A stretch of DNA of 63,369 nucleotides, counting the filler, from Octopus bimaculoides (Eukaryota): the NCBI RefSeq assembly GCF_001194135.2. It is 6 parts of 6 records of this genome, joined end to end, with 100 filler letters (N's around TTAATTAATTAA, not from the genome) between each part and the next. Parts side by side here need not be neighbours in the genome. Positions count along the whole stretch, not along the records: positions 12,309 to 31,541 come from NC_068985.1; positions 31,642 to 44,028 come from NC_068986.1; 4 more parts are not named here. One strand, given 5' to 3'. Of the stretch, positions 25,964-37,961 are shown piece after piece. Under the pieces are notes generated by a model, which had not been told where the DNA came from, did no database searches, and saw only the letters and a list, made by a program, of their open reading frames with translations. Each line of letters starts with the position of its first letter. The first letter of the stretch is position 1. Made by a program: the position numbers and the translations under genes.

Positions 25964-27489
25964 ATGTACATGTGCTTACACTGAAAGAGATATACTAAAT
26001 TAGTAACTGAATTATACACAGGTGTGCGTAGGCATCAGCAATGTATATCAGTAGAATGAATTTAGATTACATTTGAATTTATGGTATTTTATTATTAAAA
26101 TTCCGCATCCATTATTTCGGTTAATATGCTATGCTATACATAGAAATACAGTGAACTTTAGTTAATAGCATACCACATAGATGTATAACAGTATACCACA
26201 TAGATGCAAACTATTTAAAATTTACTGTTTAATTTTATATGAGAATTTAGCTAGTTTTGGTTAATTTCATAAGACTTTTTCTGTTCTGATTTTAGGTGAA
26301 GTAGAAGTTGATGAAATGTAGCTTATTATAAAATATTCGTTTTGCTATCAATCAATTATATCTGGAATCATCTGTTTAAATAATAATGATCATTACTATT
26401 TAAAATGATCATTTTAAACAGCAATATATTAGTACTTACATTTTATAAGACAGTTAATGTTTAAAAATTCAAGTTGGTTTTACGATTTTAATGAATTAAA
26501 GCCTACTGAATTTTAATTCTATTATCAAATTAATTTGTGATTGCATGTATGTTAATAACAAAAAATTTTATAAAAAAGAGAATTTCGAATCGAGCGGTGA
26601 TTCACTATTTTTCTCGCTCATGACATTTAATTTTCATTGACCCAGTTAATTTTTCTTAACTCACATGTCCCTAATTCTTATCATTAAGTAATTCAGGTCA
26701 ATGTTGGGATATATACATCTAGATAAAATATTTGATGAATATCAAATATTGTTAAAAAACTAAAGAATGTTATATATAAAAGAATCGTTAAACCGACATG
26801 TATGTTTAAATGGAAAAACAAAAACAAGGTAGCTTGGACTGTTAGACGAAAGTGACATATAGGCATACAGTTGTTGCTTATGGGGAAAATGAATAAAATA
26901 CCTTATCATCCGTTGCCAAGAGATAGGAATTAGATTTGCCTTGGATGATTGAGTAATAATCGAAAGGAACTGAAACATATCAAAACAGGTAAGTCAATCA
27001 ATTGTTACGCCGTCAACTTATACGATAGTATGGACTTCACAGAACAGAAGTAATGTCTCTATACACAAAGAACATTGCATGTTTTATATGCTGTGTACAA
27101 GNNNNNNNNNNNNNNNNNNNNNNNNNNNNNNNNNNNNNNNNNNNNNNNNNNNNNNNNNNNNNNNNNNNNNNNNNNNNNNNNNNNNNNNNNNNNNNNNNNN
27201 NNNNNNNNNNNNNNNNNNNNNNNNNNNNNNNNNNNNNNNNNNNNNNNNNNNNNNNNNNNNNNNNNNNNNNNNNNNNNNNNNNNNNNNNNNNNNNNNNNNN
27301 NNNNNNNNNNNNNNNNNNNNNNNNNNNNNNNNNNNNNNNNNNNNNNNNNNNNNNNNNNNNNNNNNNNNNNNNNNNNNNNNNNNNNNNNNNNNNNNNNNNN
27401 NNNNNNNNNNNNNNNNNNNNNNNNNNNNNNNNNNNNNNNNNNNNNNNNNNNNNNNNNNNNNNNNNNNNNNNNNNNNNNNNNGTTCTCTT

Positions 27490-27521
<32 letters not shown>

Positions 27522-28048
27522 GGTTATGGAATTAACGGTATTTGACTGTATAACTGTATACGTGTGTGTGTATGTGTGTAAAAGAGAGAGAAGTGAGGAC
27601 GAGAGGAGATATATATATTTAAGTTTTTATGTGTGAGAAATTGTCAAATTTATTATAATGATATCGAATTGATGTCGCTTGCGTATCAGTAATGATACAT
27701 TCATATGTTGGCATTAAACATTTCTACGTGTACATACAAACAAAAAATAGTTTTATTCTAACTAAAATTTAATTTGTAATTTTGTAAATCCACAAGATAA
27801 TACATATCTAATAAACGTATCGTTCTTGAGACCAATATTAGAACTGTAACCTACAGTTTGTTCGTTAATGAGAATTTCAAATATCAGAACCGTGACCTAC
27901 AGATTGTCCGTTAATGAAGAAGTGAAGTCTTCAAATTACCTTAATTAATCTCTCTCCTAATCCACAAGAAATTTGGGCATTACTGTCTCGATGCGTATGA
28001 TGGGTAGCGCCGGTTTCCCGGTTTCCATGGCGTATAAGTGACCAAGAT

Positions 28049-28212
28049 AGGTACAGACGCGGCAGTATGGTAAGAAGCTTGCTTCTTAGCCACACATTTC
28101 TGGGTTCAGTCCCACTCCGTGGTACTTGGGCAAGTGCCTTCTACTTATAGCCTCAGGCCGACCAAAGCCTTGTGAGTGGATTTGGTAGACGGAAACTGAA
28201 AGAAGACCGTTG
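28049..28212 (+). mobile_element. SINE family A, 5' half (3' half at 29030-29160; split by an insertion in its internal microsatellite)
   Basis: Head and central domain end at GGAAACTGAAAGAAGACCG(TA)n; matching tail TTGTCAACCAAAG...CGACCGATAGAATAAGTACCAGGC resumes at ~29030. Confidence 0.85.
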
Positions 28213-28276
28213 AATATATATCTATATATATACACGCACGAGCACATGCTCACGCACACATATAAATATACGAATC

Positions 28277-28945
28277 TTTGGCCGGTCCACTTTTCCCGCT
28301 TTCAACCTGTATATATTGAAGTGAAACTTTATTGTGGTTGAACGTATTTGGCATCTCTTTCTAGCATATACGCATATAGCCGTCTCTTTCTAGCATATAG
28401 GCATGGTAGTTTCTATGCCCTTAATTATAATCGTATTCTATACGATGATACATCTCTATATATGAATTTTTCCTAAAAGGTTATTTTTATACGCTGGCCA
28501 CTGATGAAATTCATTAATTTTAATTTTATTTTTAATTATGTTTAGATGTATCTCATTCACTTCGGGACAGTTTTTCTTTTTAACTTCTGTGCTATTCTGA
28601 CCAAATACACACGTGTAATTTGATGCGTATATATTTGTGAATATTTGTATATACTCGTACTTTGCTTCTGCCTTTCTGTAGGTAATAATTAAATTTTTTC
28701 ATTTATTTTGCCCAGTATGTTCTACTGATGAAGTAAGAGTTATTAAACTGATCCAGAAATTGATCAATCTAGAACCATCTGAATTATTTTATGAATTTTT
28801 GGTCGGTCCACTGTTCCCGCTTTCAGCTTGTGTGTTTTGAAGTGAAAATTTATAGTGGTTGGATGTATTTGGCGTCTCTTTCTAGCATATAGACATGGTA
28901 GCTTCTGTGCTCTTAATTATAATTGTATTTTATACAATTATATAT
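28277..28945 (+). mobile_element. Partial-tandem ~520-bp unit carrying a hammerhead ribozyme (PLE pLTR / retrozyme-like)
   Basis: Direct repeats 28277-28440 and 28797-28935 (TTTGGCCGGTCCACTTTTCCCGC / TTTGGTCGGTCCACTGTTCCCGC...) with a hammerhead just before the second repeat. Confidence 0.6.
28719..28775 (+). ncRNA. Minimal type I hammerhead ribozyme
   Basis: gttcta CTGATGA [agtaagagttattaaactgatcca] GAAA TTGATCAA TC tagaac: perfect 6-bp stem I, complete core, palindromic 8-nt stem III and AUC triplet. Stem II is imperfect with A.A at its base. Confidence 0.7.
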
Positions 28946-28966
28946 ATCGATATATGTGTATGTATG

Positions 28967-29033
<67 letters not shown>

Positions 29034-29194
29034 ATGTATGTGTGTCTTTGTGTCTGCATTTGATCCCCACTACACCGCTTGTCAACCAAAGTTAATGTGT
29101 TTACATCCAGTAACACACCATTTCGGCAAAAACGACCGATAGAATAAGTACCAGGCTTTAGAAAAAAAGAAGATAAAGATTACAACATCCTCCT

Positions 29195-29341
29195 CACACT
29201 AGAAGCCATTTAGTCACAGAGTTACTCATTTACAGTTGAGTAGACTAGAATTTTGCTCAAAAATACAACGCACCGCCGGCCCCGAGATTCGAAGCAATAA
29301 CCATTTTGCTATGAATGCAACATCCTTAACCACTAAGCCAT
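29195..29341 (-). mobile_element. tRNA-headed SINE family E, decayed (related fragment ~37100-37230 on +)
   Basis: Minus strand TATGGCTTAGTGGTTAAGGATGTTGCATTC...TTCGAATCTCGGGGCCGG (A and B boxes), then CTCAACTGTAAATGAGTA. Confidence 0.65.
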
Positions 29342-31229
29342 ACATTTTTACTCCTAAAATAAAGAGAGGAATTTTCTATGAATAATAATCATCGTGTGTT
29401 CATAAAAGTAACATCATACGAAATTTAATTACATGTTGCATCGTAAACGTATCGTTAAGTGTTTGAACATATGGAGTGCACTTACAGCGAACAGAACCAG
29501 TGATTCTCATCCACTTGCAACCTAGATTTAGAGAAACACATCAATGGAGTTCCTCAAGGTTACCTAATACCACATAATTACTAAGTATTCCTAATGATTT
29601 AATCTGTGAGCCCTACCAGAATAAGCCACCTGTCGACATCTAGATAGACTGTTGTCAATGGATGTTAAAAGTATTAACTTTGAAAGAAACGCAGAATTGT
29701 TATTATGATGTTATCTACGTTTCATATGGATGTATGGTAGACCCTTTAATTATTTAACTATTTACTCATATTTGATATGTTGAACATAGAACATTAAAAT
29801 TATTAGAATAATTACTATCAAATCTCATATACCGATTTCTTCTCCGCTGTTGCGAAATCTCACAAAACTTATATCTGACGTTTTAGTTTTATATTTTTGC
29901 AAGGAAACCAGTTGAGAAAAGCGAGAGCCTGCTGGCATGTAATGCATATTGATAAGCTTTGAGTATTAGAAAACACTACACAACTTCGTGCGACATGTCT
30001 TTTTTTTCCTCTCTTTCTAGTACTATAGAAATTATTTAAGAGAAAATCACACATAAGTGTCCGCTGGTGCGTGTAAGATTATATATCATGCTGAGATAAC
30101 CCTGGACGACACGGGAAAAAAAACTTGTTAGATAAGGCTAGAAATGTTTTCTCTTTTACACATGATTGTCAAAGAGTTTGCCAGAGATTGAATGTCAAGA
30201 CCACATGATGATATAAATATCATACATGCAATCATATATATATATATATATGATGTATACACACACACACATATACATACATACATACATTCATACATAG
30301 ATACTTGTGTTACTGTACATATGCGTGAAGGTATATGGACATGAATATGTATCTATTTATGTATGTAGCTCTCTCTCACTCTCCTTCTCTCTCTCGCTTT
30401 ACATAGATAGATAGATGTGTGTTTGTGTATGTCAGTGTGTGTCTGTGTATGCATGTATGTATATATGCATATATGTAAATAAGTGTATACGTGTAATAAA
30501 CAAAAAATATAGTCGATGCTTACTGACCATCAGTCTATTCCGAATATATATGTAGATTATTGATTTTCAGAGAGAGAGAAAGAAAATGGAAAAAAGTATT
30601 TATGATGCCAACCGGACTGTATGTGTGCATTGCATTTTTTATTTTGTATTTACAGATATTTACCTTATTTTTCCTTATTTTTATTTATTTATTCTTTTTT
30701 TTTTTTTTGGTATTCTTGTGACAGTATATTTCACGAAATTTCACTTCGATATCTTAGTTTTCTGCACCCGTCCATTCGATCCACTAATCCCTGTGCCATG
30801 ACGTATTGCATGATTTACATTAAATTTACTCTTCCTGGAAAGAATCGATAAGGCCACGAACGCTTTCGGAAAAGAAACAATAAATATGGCTTCCATCTTC
30901 GTGTGAGTAACTCTGTGTGTGTNNNNNNNNNNNNNNNNNNNNNNNNNNNNNNNNNNNNNNNNNNNNNNNNNNNNNNNNNNNNNNNNNNNNNNNNNNNNNN
31001 NNNNNNNNNNNNNNNNNNNNNNNNNNNNNNNNNNNNNNNNNNNNNNNNNNNNNNNNNNNNNNNNNNNNNNNNNNNNNNNNNNNNNNNNNNNGTGTGTTCG
31101 TGCGTAAGAAATGCGGTTTAACAGGAACAGAGTTTTGTCATATTTCAGGATTAATTCAAGTCAGAGTAATAATAATAATGTTATTAAGAACAACAACAAC
31201 AAACAAAGACAACATTAATAATAATAAAA

Positions 31230-31272
31230 AATAATAAACAATAATAAACAAATAATAATGATAATGATGATG

Positions 31273-31351
<79 letters not shown>

Positions 31352-31352
31352 C
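31230..31352. repeat. (AAT)n microsatellite
   Basis: Read directly. Confidence 0.95.
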
Positions 31353-31899
31353 AACAAAGAGAAAAAGGGCAAACGTTTAAATAGATCCCAAACAAGATAA
31401 GAGTTATAGATATCACATGAAGTAAGATGCACAATGGTGCTATAAATATGCAGTCTCTTATACACACATAGAATCATACTGACATACAAACACACACACA
31501 CATATACATATATATGAGCGTGTATATATATATATATATATNNNNNNNNNNNNNNNNNNNNNNNNNNNNNNNNNNNNNNNNNNNNTTAATTAATTAANNN
31601 NNNNNNNNNNNNNNNNNNNNNNNNNNNNNNNNNNNNNNNNNATATATATATATATACATAGACATATTTAACTCTCAGAAAAATCAGCTAGTCACCTGAT
31701 AACTTGACAATTCAGGAAAAAATGTAAATCAGATGAACTTTATATGCATCATGAATCAAGATAGGCAGTTGGTTCGTTGTTATCATCATCATCATTTAAT
31801 GTACGGTTTCCATGGCGCTATATGTTTCATGGTTTGACAGGATTTGGTGAGCTACAGAGTTGCATCAAGCTCCAGTGAATATTGAATCTTTCTCTGGTG

Positions 31900-32090
31900 A
31901 AGGATATACCACTGAGCATAGAGTGATGGTCAACAACCTCTGGATAAGAACTCAGATGGACACTGAAACTCAAGACAATTTGGGAGAGGAAGGTATGGAA
32001 GCTGAAAGATCCTTCAACTAAACATAGGTTCAAAGAAATATTGGATGTCTTCAGCATGAGTAATGGCAGCAATGACAACTAATATATAAC
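31900..32090 (+). mobile_element. RTE-clade LINE fragment (end of APE / linker)
   Basis: Translation EHRVMVNNLWIR...ERKVWKLKDPSTKHRFKEI, similar to the HR.V...WKLK motif of RTE ORFs. Confidence 0.6.
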
Positions 32091-32193
32091 TATGTAAGAA
32101 ATAAAATGTGGATTGGGAGGAGAGGGGAAGGCGTGATCTTTTTTACAAACAACAAATTATGGTATTTTGAGAAGGTCATTATGCCAACAATAA

Positions 32194-32498
32194 ACACACA
32201 CTGGTTTAATTTCACTTTTTCATTATTATTTGCTAATTGGTTAGCTATTTAACCAATTAACTAATCGACTGTTTGATTAACCGTTTGGTTAATGATCAAT
32301 CAGTTGTGTTTGCTGAAGTCCTTTTGTCACTATGCACAACCTCTTCCATGACTGAAGTTGACCTGGCGTAAAGAGGGCATGTCATAGAAGAGGTGGTGGC
32401 AGTGCTGAAAGGACTGTGGCAAACACAGCTGACTGGATAAATCAAATAATTGATTAGATAGTTGGCAAAAGAAGTGAAATAAAACCAGTGCATGTGTT
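32194..32498. mobile_element. Degenerate foldback/MITE-like element in intron of the SLC46 gene
   Basis: 32301-32352 versus reverse complement of 32381-32431 is about 75% identical. Outer arms CACTGGTTTAATTTCAC / GTGAAATAAAACCAGTG also pair. Confidence 0.7.
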
Positions 32499-32638
32499 CA
32501 TCATTTGTGTAACAACCATCCCAAGATGCAACAAATCTGTTTCATTACACAAATTCAAATCAAGAATCATGCAAACCAAATACAAAAACAGAACTTAAAT
32601 TATTTTACAAATTTTAAAATTATTAATATTATACCAAC

Positions 32639-32881
32639 CAAAATATATAAGGCGTTTGACTCGAATTAATGACAATGTAATAGAAGCAGCTGCTCTTGAA
32701 ATCAAACCAGCAATACATAAGAAGAAGTCATTTGGGTTCAAGAATTTCTTTAACAATGGGAGCAAAACTACCAAAGATACTCCTCGAACAGCACTCTCAA
32801 TTGCCACAAAATATCCGACTTCAATTATAGTTGCTGAGATTGGTGAGTGCCGCAGATACAACAGATTGATGTCCATTTCAC
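32639..32881 (-). CDS. SLC46A: SLC46/PCFT-family MFS transporter, internal coding exon (phase 1-1, 243 nt)
   Basis: Acceptor tttatcattttag|GTGAAATGGAC is in frame with the upstream exon (IMG|EMD). Encodes GEMDINLLYLRHSP...GYFVAIESAVRG..LLPLL..DFFLCIAGLISRAAASITLSL..RLIYF. Donor TTTG|gttggt is the weaker assignment. Confidence 0.88.
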
Positions 32882-33053
32882 CTAAAATGATAAAGACGGT
32901 TAAATTAACTTCAATTTGAATTCTATTATTAAAATAATAAACATGTGTCTCACAGCAATGATATGTAATGAAACTAAATGGTAAAAGCAAAATATGATTT
33001 TGTTAATAAAATATATTTACAAAACCCATTTTGAAGTTGAAAATAAATACCAC

Positions 33054-33173
33054 AGGCGCAGGAGTGGCTGTGTGGTAAGTAGCTTGCTTACCAACCACAT
33101 GGTTCCGGGTTCAGTCTCACTGCATGGCACCTTGCGCAAGTGTCTTCTACTATAGCCTCGGGCCGACCAAAGC
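33054..33173 (+). mobile_element. SINE family A 5' part, interrupted by unrelated sequence
   Basis: GGCGCAGGAGTGGCTGTGTGGTAAG...GGGCCGACCAAAGC. Confidence 0.85.
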
Positions 33174-33174
33174 T

Positions 33175-33600
33175 CTACATGCCACACCCTGGTACACCAG
33201 CTCAACTGGCAGGCTAAAGCACAAAGGGGTAGTGTTGACACTACACCACTAGGTAGGTGGAGGAGCTGCAGCAATGGCCAAGAACAGAGTGAAGGATTCT
33301 CAAGAAAACCAACAACCAGTTGTCTGTGACTGAAGGGAACCCACAGATATACATCATAGACCTCAGCTAACAGTCAACATAGACATCTCCATACAGTCTC
33401 TTTCCTAAAAGCAAGTAGCTAGGCTTTGGGTTAGCACCCTGTCCCCAGAAAAACCTCAAGCTATGAAAACAGTTCAACATGCAAAAACTTCACAGTAGGC
33501 AGGGCAACAGTTGTCTCCATCCAGAGACAGTGACAATGCACAGAAGGTGGCTGCTGACTGATCCAACTGGAGTACTTTGACTGCTTCACCTGACACAGGA
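33175..33600 (+). mobile_element. Possible 5' UTR region of an RTE-type LINE
   Basis: GC-richer segment with GGGTTAGCACCCTGTCCCCAGAAAAAC, a motif I associate with RTE 5' ends; no protein evidence. Confidence 0.3.
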
Positions 33601-33639
33601 GCTCTTTAAGCTTAAGTAAGTATAATGCTAGTTTACTCT

Positions 33640-34012
33640 TTTACTTGTTTCAGTCATTTGACTGTGGCCATGCTGGAGCACCACCTTTAGTCGAGCAAAT
33701 CGACCCCGGGATTTATTCTTTGTAAGTCTAGTACTTATTCTATCGGTCTCTTTTGCCGAACCGCTATGTGACGGGGACATAAACACACCAGCATCGGTTG
33801 TCAAGCAATGCTAGGGGAACAAATACAGACACACAAACACACATATATACGACGGGCTTCTTTCAGTTTCTGTCTACCAAATCCACTCACAAGGCTTTGG
33901 TCAGCCCGAGGCTATAGTAGAAGACACTTGCCCAAGATGCCACGCAGTGGGACTGAACCCGGAACCATGTGGTTGGTAAGCAAGCTACTTACCACACAGC
34001 CACTCCTGCGCC
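33640..34012 (-). mobile_element. SINE family A, full length
   Basis: Reverse complement of the family A head through tail. Confidence 0.92.
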
Positions 34013-34112
34013 TATAAGTTTTTTTTTTAATAAAATGACAGATTTATGAATGATAGATTTTCATCAGTTATGGTAGTTAATATTCAATTAGAAAGAAAAA
34101 TTATTTGCTCAC

Positions 34113-34920
34113 CCATTATCAAGAACATCATAACTCCAATAACAGTAATTGACAGGAACAAAACAATACGTACATCTGAGTTCCGTGGTTTAGTGATAAA
34201 TGATATTAAATCCTTAAGGTGTTGAATTTTGAAAATTGTTAACAAATTTTTGTACACGGATTCTCCACTAGTGTTTATATCTTCGATGATAATGATGCAA
34301 TAAATTATAGCAACAATACAACAGCCAGCCATTAGTACATAGACCCAAACAAAACCAATATATTTTAAAAGGATACCAGACAGAAATACACCTATGGTTC
34401 CAGCGAAAAATATCATCGACTCAACAATTCCAATGCGAATAGTACGGAATTTAACATCTGTGACATGAGTGGCATAACTTAAAATAGCCATCAGCATCCC
34501 AATGTAGCCTCCCAAAATCCCAGAGAGAAAATAACCCAAAAGAATATACCCTAAGGGTGTATTTTCGAAGTAAGAAACTAATGCACACACACAAAACAAC
34601 AATACATTTCCTATAATAGGAAGAATGATAACAATTTTGCGACTGACTTTATCACTAAATGGACCAAAAAAGAAACTAACAAATGTAGAAGGAATTAGAA
34701 GTACAATGTTGCAGTATAAAATCCATTTTGAAGTTTGTCCTTGTACATAGTTTTCTTCTGAAACAAATGACCCATTGGACAGGACGGAACATATAGATGC
34801 ATTGAAATTTTGTAAACATATTCGGCTGTAAAGTAAATTTTGAAATACTGTTGCGTTCATAAATTGTGTGAACATGTACAAAAATAGGAGGGGTTCCACA
34901 ATGGTTTTGATGGAAGGCAT
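34113..34920 (-). CDS. SLC46A: SLC46/PCFT-family (SLC46A1/A3-like) MFS transporter, large coding exon (approx. TM1-TM7)
   Basis: MPSIKTIVEPLLFLYMF (family VEPxxFLY), N-glycosylation sequons NAS/NGS in loop 1, GPFSDKVSRKIVIILPIIG (MFS motif A), GILGG, RTIRIGIVES..FAGTIG. Donor ATGG|gtgagc at 34113/34112; upstream acceptor ttttcttttccag at 34956. The paralogue cannot be assigned. Confidence 0.93.
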
Positions 34921-35214
34921 CTTGGAGTAAAAGAAAAGCCAACTGTGATATTTCACTGGAAAAGAAAACAAAAAAAAAAGAGATTAGATAAAATTATAAG
35001 CATGGACATGTGTGTGTATGTGTATGTGTGTGTGTGTGTGTGTGCCGAAATTTGAAACCAATATTATTTAGGTACAATAATTATAATTTTACCTCTTCTA
35101 CATATGATAGTGCTTCTACAAAGTGATTAAATGAATACTGATTTTCAATATAAAAGTATTTATTAAATTAAACCAAAATCAAATTTCTCATTCAGAGTGT
35201 TAATGTTGTTCCTC

Positions 35215-35480
35215 TTGATGGAAAGGATTGGCCTGCAAGAACCCTGTGCTGGTGCCACATAAAAAACACTCGTGCCAGTGCCCTGTGCAAGTGTTCATGC
35301 TAGTGCTACATTAAAAGCACACGCTATAAAGTGGATGGCATTAGGAAGGACATCCAGCTGTAGAAACCAAGCCAAATCAGGCCAAAACCTGGTGCAGCTC
35401 TCCTGCTTGCCATCTTTGGTCAAATCATCCCAATCCATGCCAGTATGGAAAATGGACATTAAAGGATGATGATGATGGTG
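35215..35480 (+). mobile_element. SINE family C (GGCATTAGGAAGGGCATCCAGCTGTAGAAAC core, (GAT)n tail); further copies 35867-35958 +, 38270-38432 +, 39060-39260 +, 43790-44028 -
   Basis: Shared core and CCATGCCAGCATGGAAA...TTAAA(TGA)n tail among copies. Confidence 0.85.
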
Positions 35481-35664
35481 GTGATAGTTGCAATAATATT
35501 GATTAACAATCAATTGTATACAAATGTAACATTATTTCTCACATGTCAGGCAACACTCTAGCTATTACGTAGTAAATCAAGAAAAATATATCTAATAAAA
35601 TCAGAGTTATCTTGTTTTAGGAAACAGAGAAAGAGATGTACGGAGACAAATTACCAATTGTAAC

Positions 35665-35850
35665 TGACACTCCATTTGTTACGACGATGAGGCTTCCAGT
35701 TGATCTCATCAATGGGACAGCCTGCTTGGGAAATTAATATGCAAGTGGCTGAGCGCCCCAGAGATTCATGTGCTCTTAACCTAGTTCTCAGGGAGATTCA
35801 GCATGACACAGAATGTGACAAGGCAACCCTTTGAAATACAGGTACTACTT
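35665..35850 (-). mobile_element. SINE family B 3' part, strongly CpG-decayed
   Basis: Aligns to 8815-9000 with CG changed to TG/CA at several sites. Confidence 0.85.
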
Positions 35851-36204
35851 ATATATATATATATATATAGCCATCTGGTTCGCCAGTCCTCAGTCAAATC
35901 GTCCAACCCATGCCAGCATGGAAAGCGGACGTTAAACGATGATGATGATGATGATGATAATACATATATATATAGGGGAAAAGTATATAGAAACAAAGAA
36001 AATGCACATTAGGTATAAAAGTAATGGCTTATTTTTTTTTATAAAAACAAAGATATATACATACAAATAAATGATTTGAGGTGGAATTAAGAAGTATAAA
36101 AATCATTATTATGAGTAATTATAGAAAGTTAAAGTCATACCGGCTTCGTCAGAGCTGATCACTGACTCTGAATCAACGCCAATTTCCAAACGGTATTATA
36201 TATA

Positions 36205-36375
36205 TATATGATGGGTTTCTTTTCATTTCTTTTGACTAAATCCACTCATAAGGCTTTGGTCAACTTGGGGCTATAGTAGAAGACACTTGCCCAACGAACC
36301 ACACACTGGGACTGGACCTAAAACCATGAGATTGAGAAGTAACCTTCTAACAATCTAGCCTTGCTTGCATCTACA
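36205..36375 (-). mobile_element. SINE family A 5' part (another at 39262-39410 -)
   Basis: TCCACTCATAAGGCTTTGGTCAACTTGGGGCTATAGTAGAAGACACTTGCCCAA. Confidence 0.8.
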
Positions 36376-37511
36376 GTAGTATTTAATTGAGAATATTAGT
36401 GTGTAATTAAGAAGTATGTAATTGAGAATCTATGACAAGTTTACTTGGTAGGCATTCAACACATCTAAGTATCAACAAACAATGTTCTAATAGGCTACAG
36501 GTAGTTCGACCTATTTGTGTATATAAGCCTGACTGATAAGCAGTCATTTAAGTGAGTGGTTTCTATATTGTAATAAGTGTTTCTCTTTGTTTTGAACTAT
36601 CAAGCATTAAAGGGTGCTTGAAATGATGGTGGTGGTGGTAGTGGTGGTGAAGAAAAAAAATTCAATCCTATATTTTTTATACTTATGTTAAATAGAGGTA
36701 GGAGGCATGTTTTTTTCCTTTTGTTTTGTTTAATATATCTATATTGTTTTGTTGAATGTATGTGCTGGCAGCACTCTGTGATGAAGATTGTAATACTGTC
36801 AGAAAAAAAACTGGTTCTACTGAGCTTTATTGAAGTTTGTTTACTTTGTCTGTTGACTTATAAGGCTGTCAGCCTTATCATATAATAAGGCAATCAGCAG
36901 AGAATTAGAGGAGTGTTTACCATGTGAATATCTGAGCTAGGTATGACATGAAGTGAAAGGAGAGAAATGCCTAGAGAGGTGGTTGTTCTGGTGGTTAGCT
37001 TAGTGAAGTGGAGCAGTGTATGTATATATGCTTTTAAGTGTGTAGATGCGTTGGTATGGATTCTTTAATATGTTACTGCAGTAACAAATTGGAAAAGTGC
37101 ATAACCTAATTCCCAGATCACGTGATGTGCTGTATTCTTGAGGAAAACACTTCATTTCACATTGCTCCATTGCAGATGAATTCCAGCAATAGATGAGAAG
37201 TTAGCCCTGTTACAGACCAGTTGGTCAGTGTGTGTGTGTGTGTGTAGTGGGAGGTCATCTCATTTATACACCATGGAAACTTGGCTAAGGTCCGGTCTCA
37301 TAGGTCCTAGAGCTTGACAGACCTAAGACTTAACAAATTAGATAATGTAGTTCCTGATAGACACAAAGCTGGAATGACATAGTTATGGTTGAATAAACTC
37401 TTAACTATATAATTTTTTTCCACAACAACACAATGTTTTACTATGTCATCTGATTTATGAAATAATGAGCTTCAATACAAATATATAACATAATCTTATA
37501 TAACAGCTGAA

Positions 37512-37655
37512 AACCGAGCCCGCAGAAAAGAAATGACAACCAACAGACCGGATTCAACGTATAGGTGTGACCTCTGCAAACGAGACTGCCACTCTCGCAT
37601 CGGTCTCTACAGCCACAGGAGGCATTCCATGGTCAGCCATGACCGACGGAGGCCT
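37512..37655 (+). mobile_element. RTE-BovB-like LINE extreme 3' end
   Basis: RARRKEMTTNRPDSTYRCDLCKRDCHSRIGLYSHRR (CxxC..C.SRIGLYSH) followed by CCATGGTCAGCCATGACCGACGGAGGCCTA tail. Confidence 0.85.
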
Positions 37656-37924
37656 AAGAATATAACATTCTTTTATACTTCATAAAAAAGTAATTTATCA
37701 AACTATGTTATCACTTTAACGAACAGACAAGAGGATGCTGGATCAACATATTCATAAAAAATAAAAATTAGGAAATAAAAGGTATGGAAATGGCTGTGTG
37801 GTTAAGAAGTTTGCATGCAATCACATGGGTAAATTTATATGTTGTTGAAGTAAGATAACTGATGTTTCAAGGAAAGACCTTTGATCCAAAAGAAATAAAA
37901 GCTAAGTTTTAATTTTAAGTATTT

Positions 37925-37961
37925 TCTCACTGATGAAGGCTTTGCCTGAAATGTTTTGAAA
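37925..37961 (+). ncRNA. Degenerate minimal hammerhead ribozyme
   Basis: tctca CTGATGA aggc ttt gcct GAAA tgttt tgaaa: perfect stem II and core; stem III and stem I each damaged, consistent with CpG decay of GAAACGTT. Confidence 0.45.

Noticed and set aside
26900-26970. Minus-strand FLSIITQSSKANL / LLATDDK resembling SLC46 exon 3
   Set aside because: The two similar pieces are in different frames and the 68-nt AG-GT interval does not give the required phase 1-1 exon.
32296-32493. ORF and acceptor just downstream of SLC46 exon 2 considered as exon 3
   Set aside because: The in-phase translation has no SLC46 similarity, and the sequence is one arm of a foldback element.
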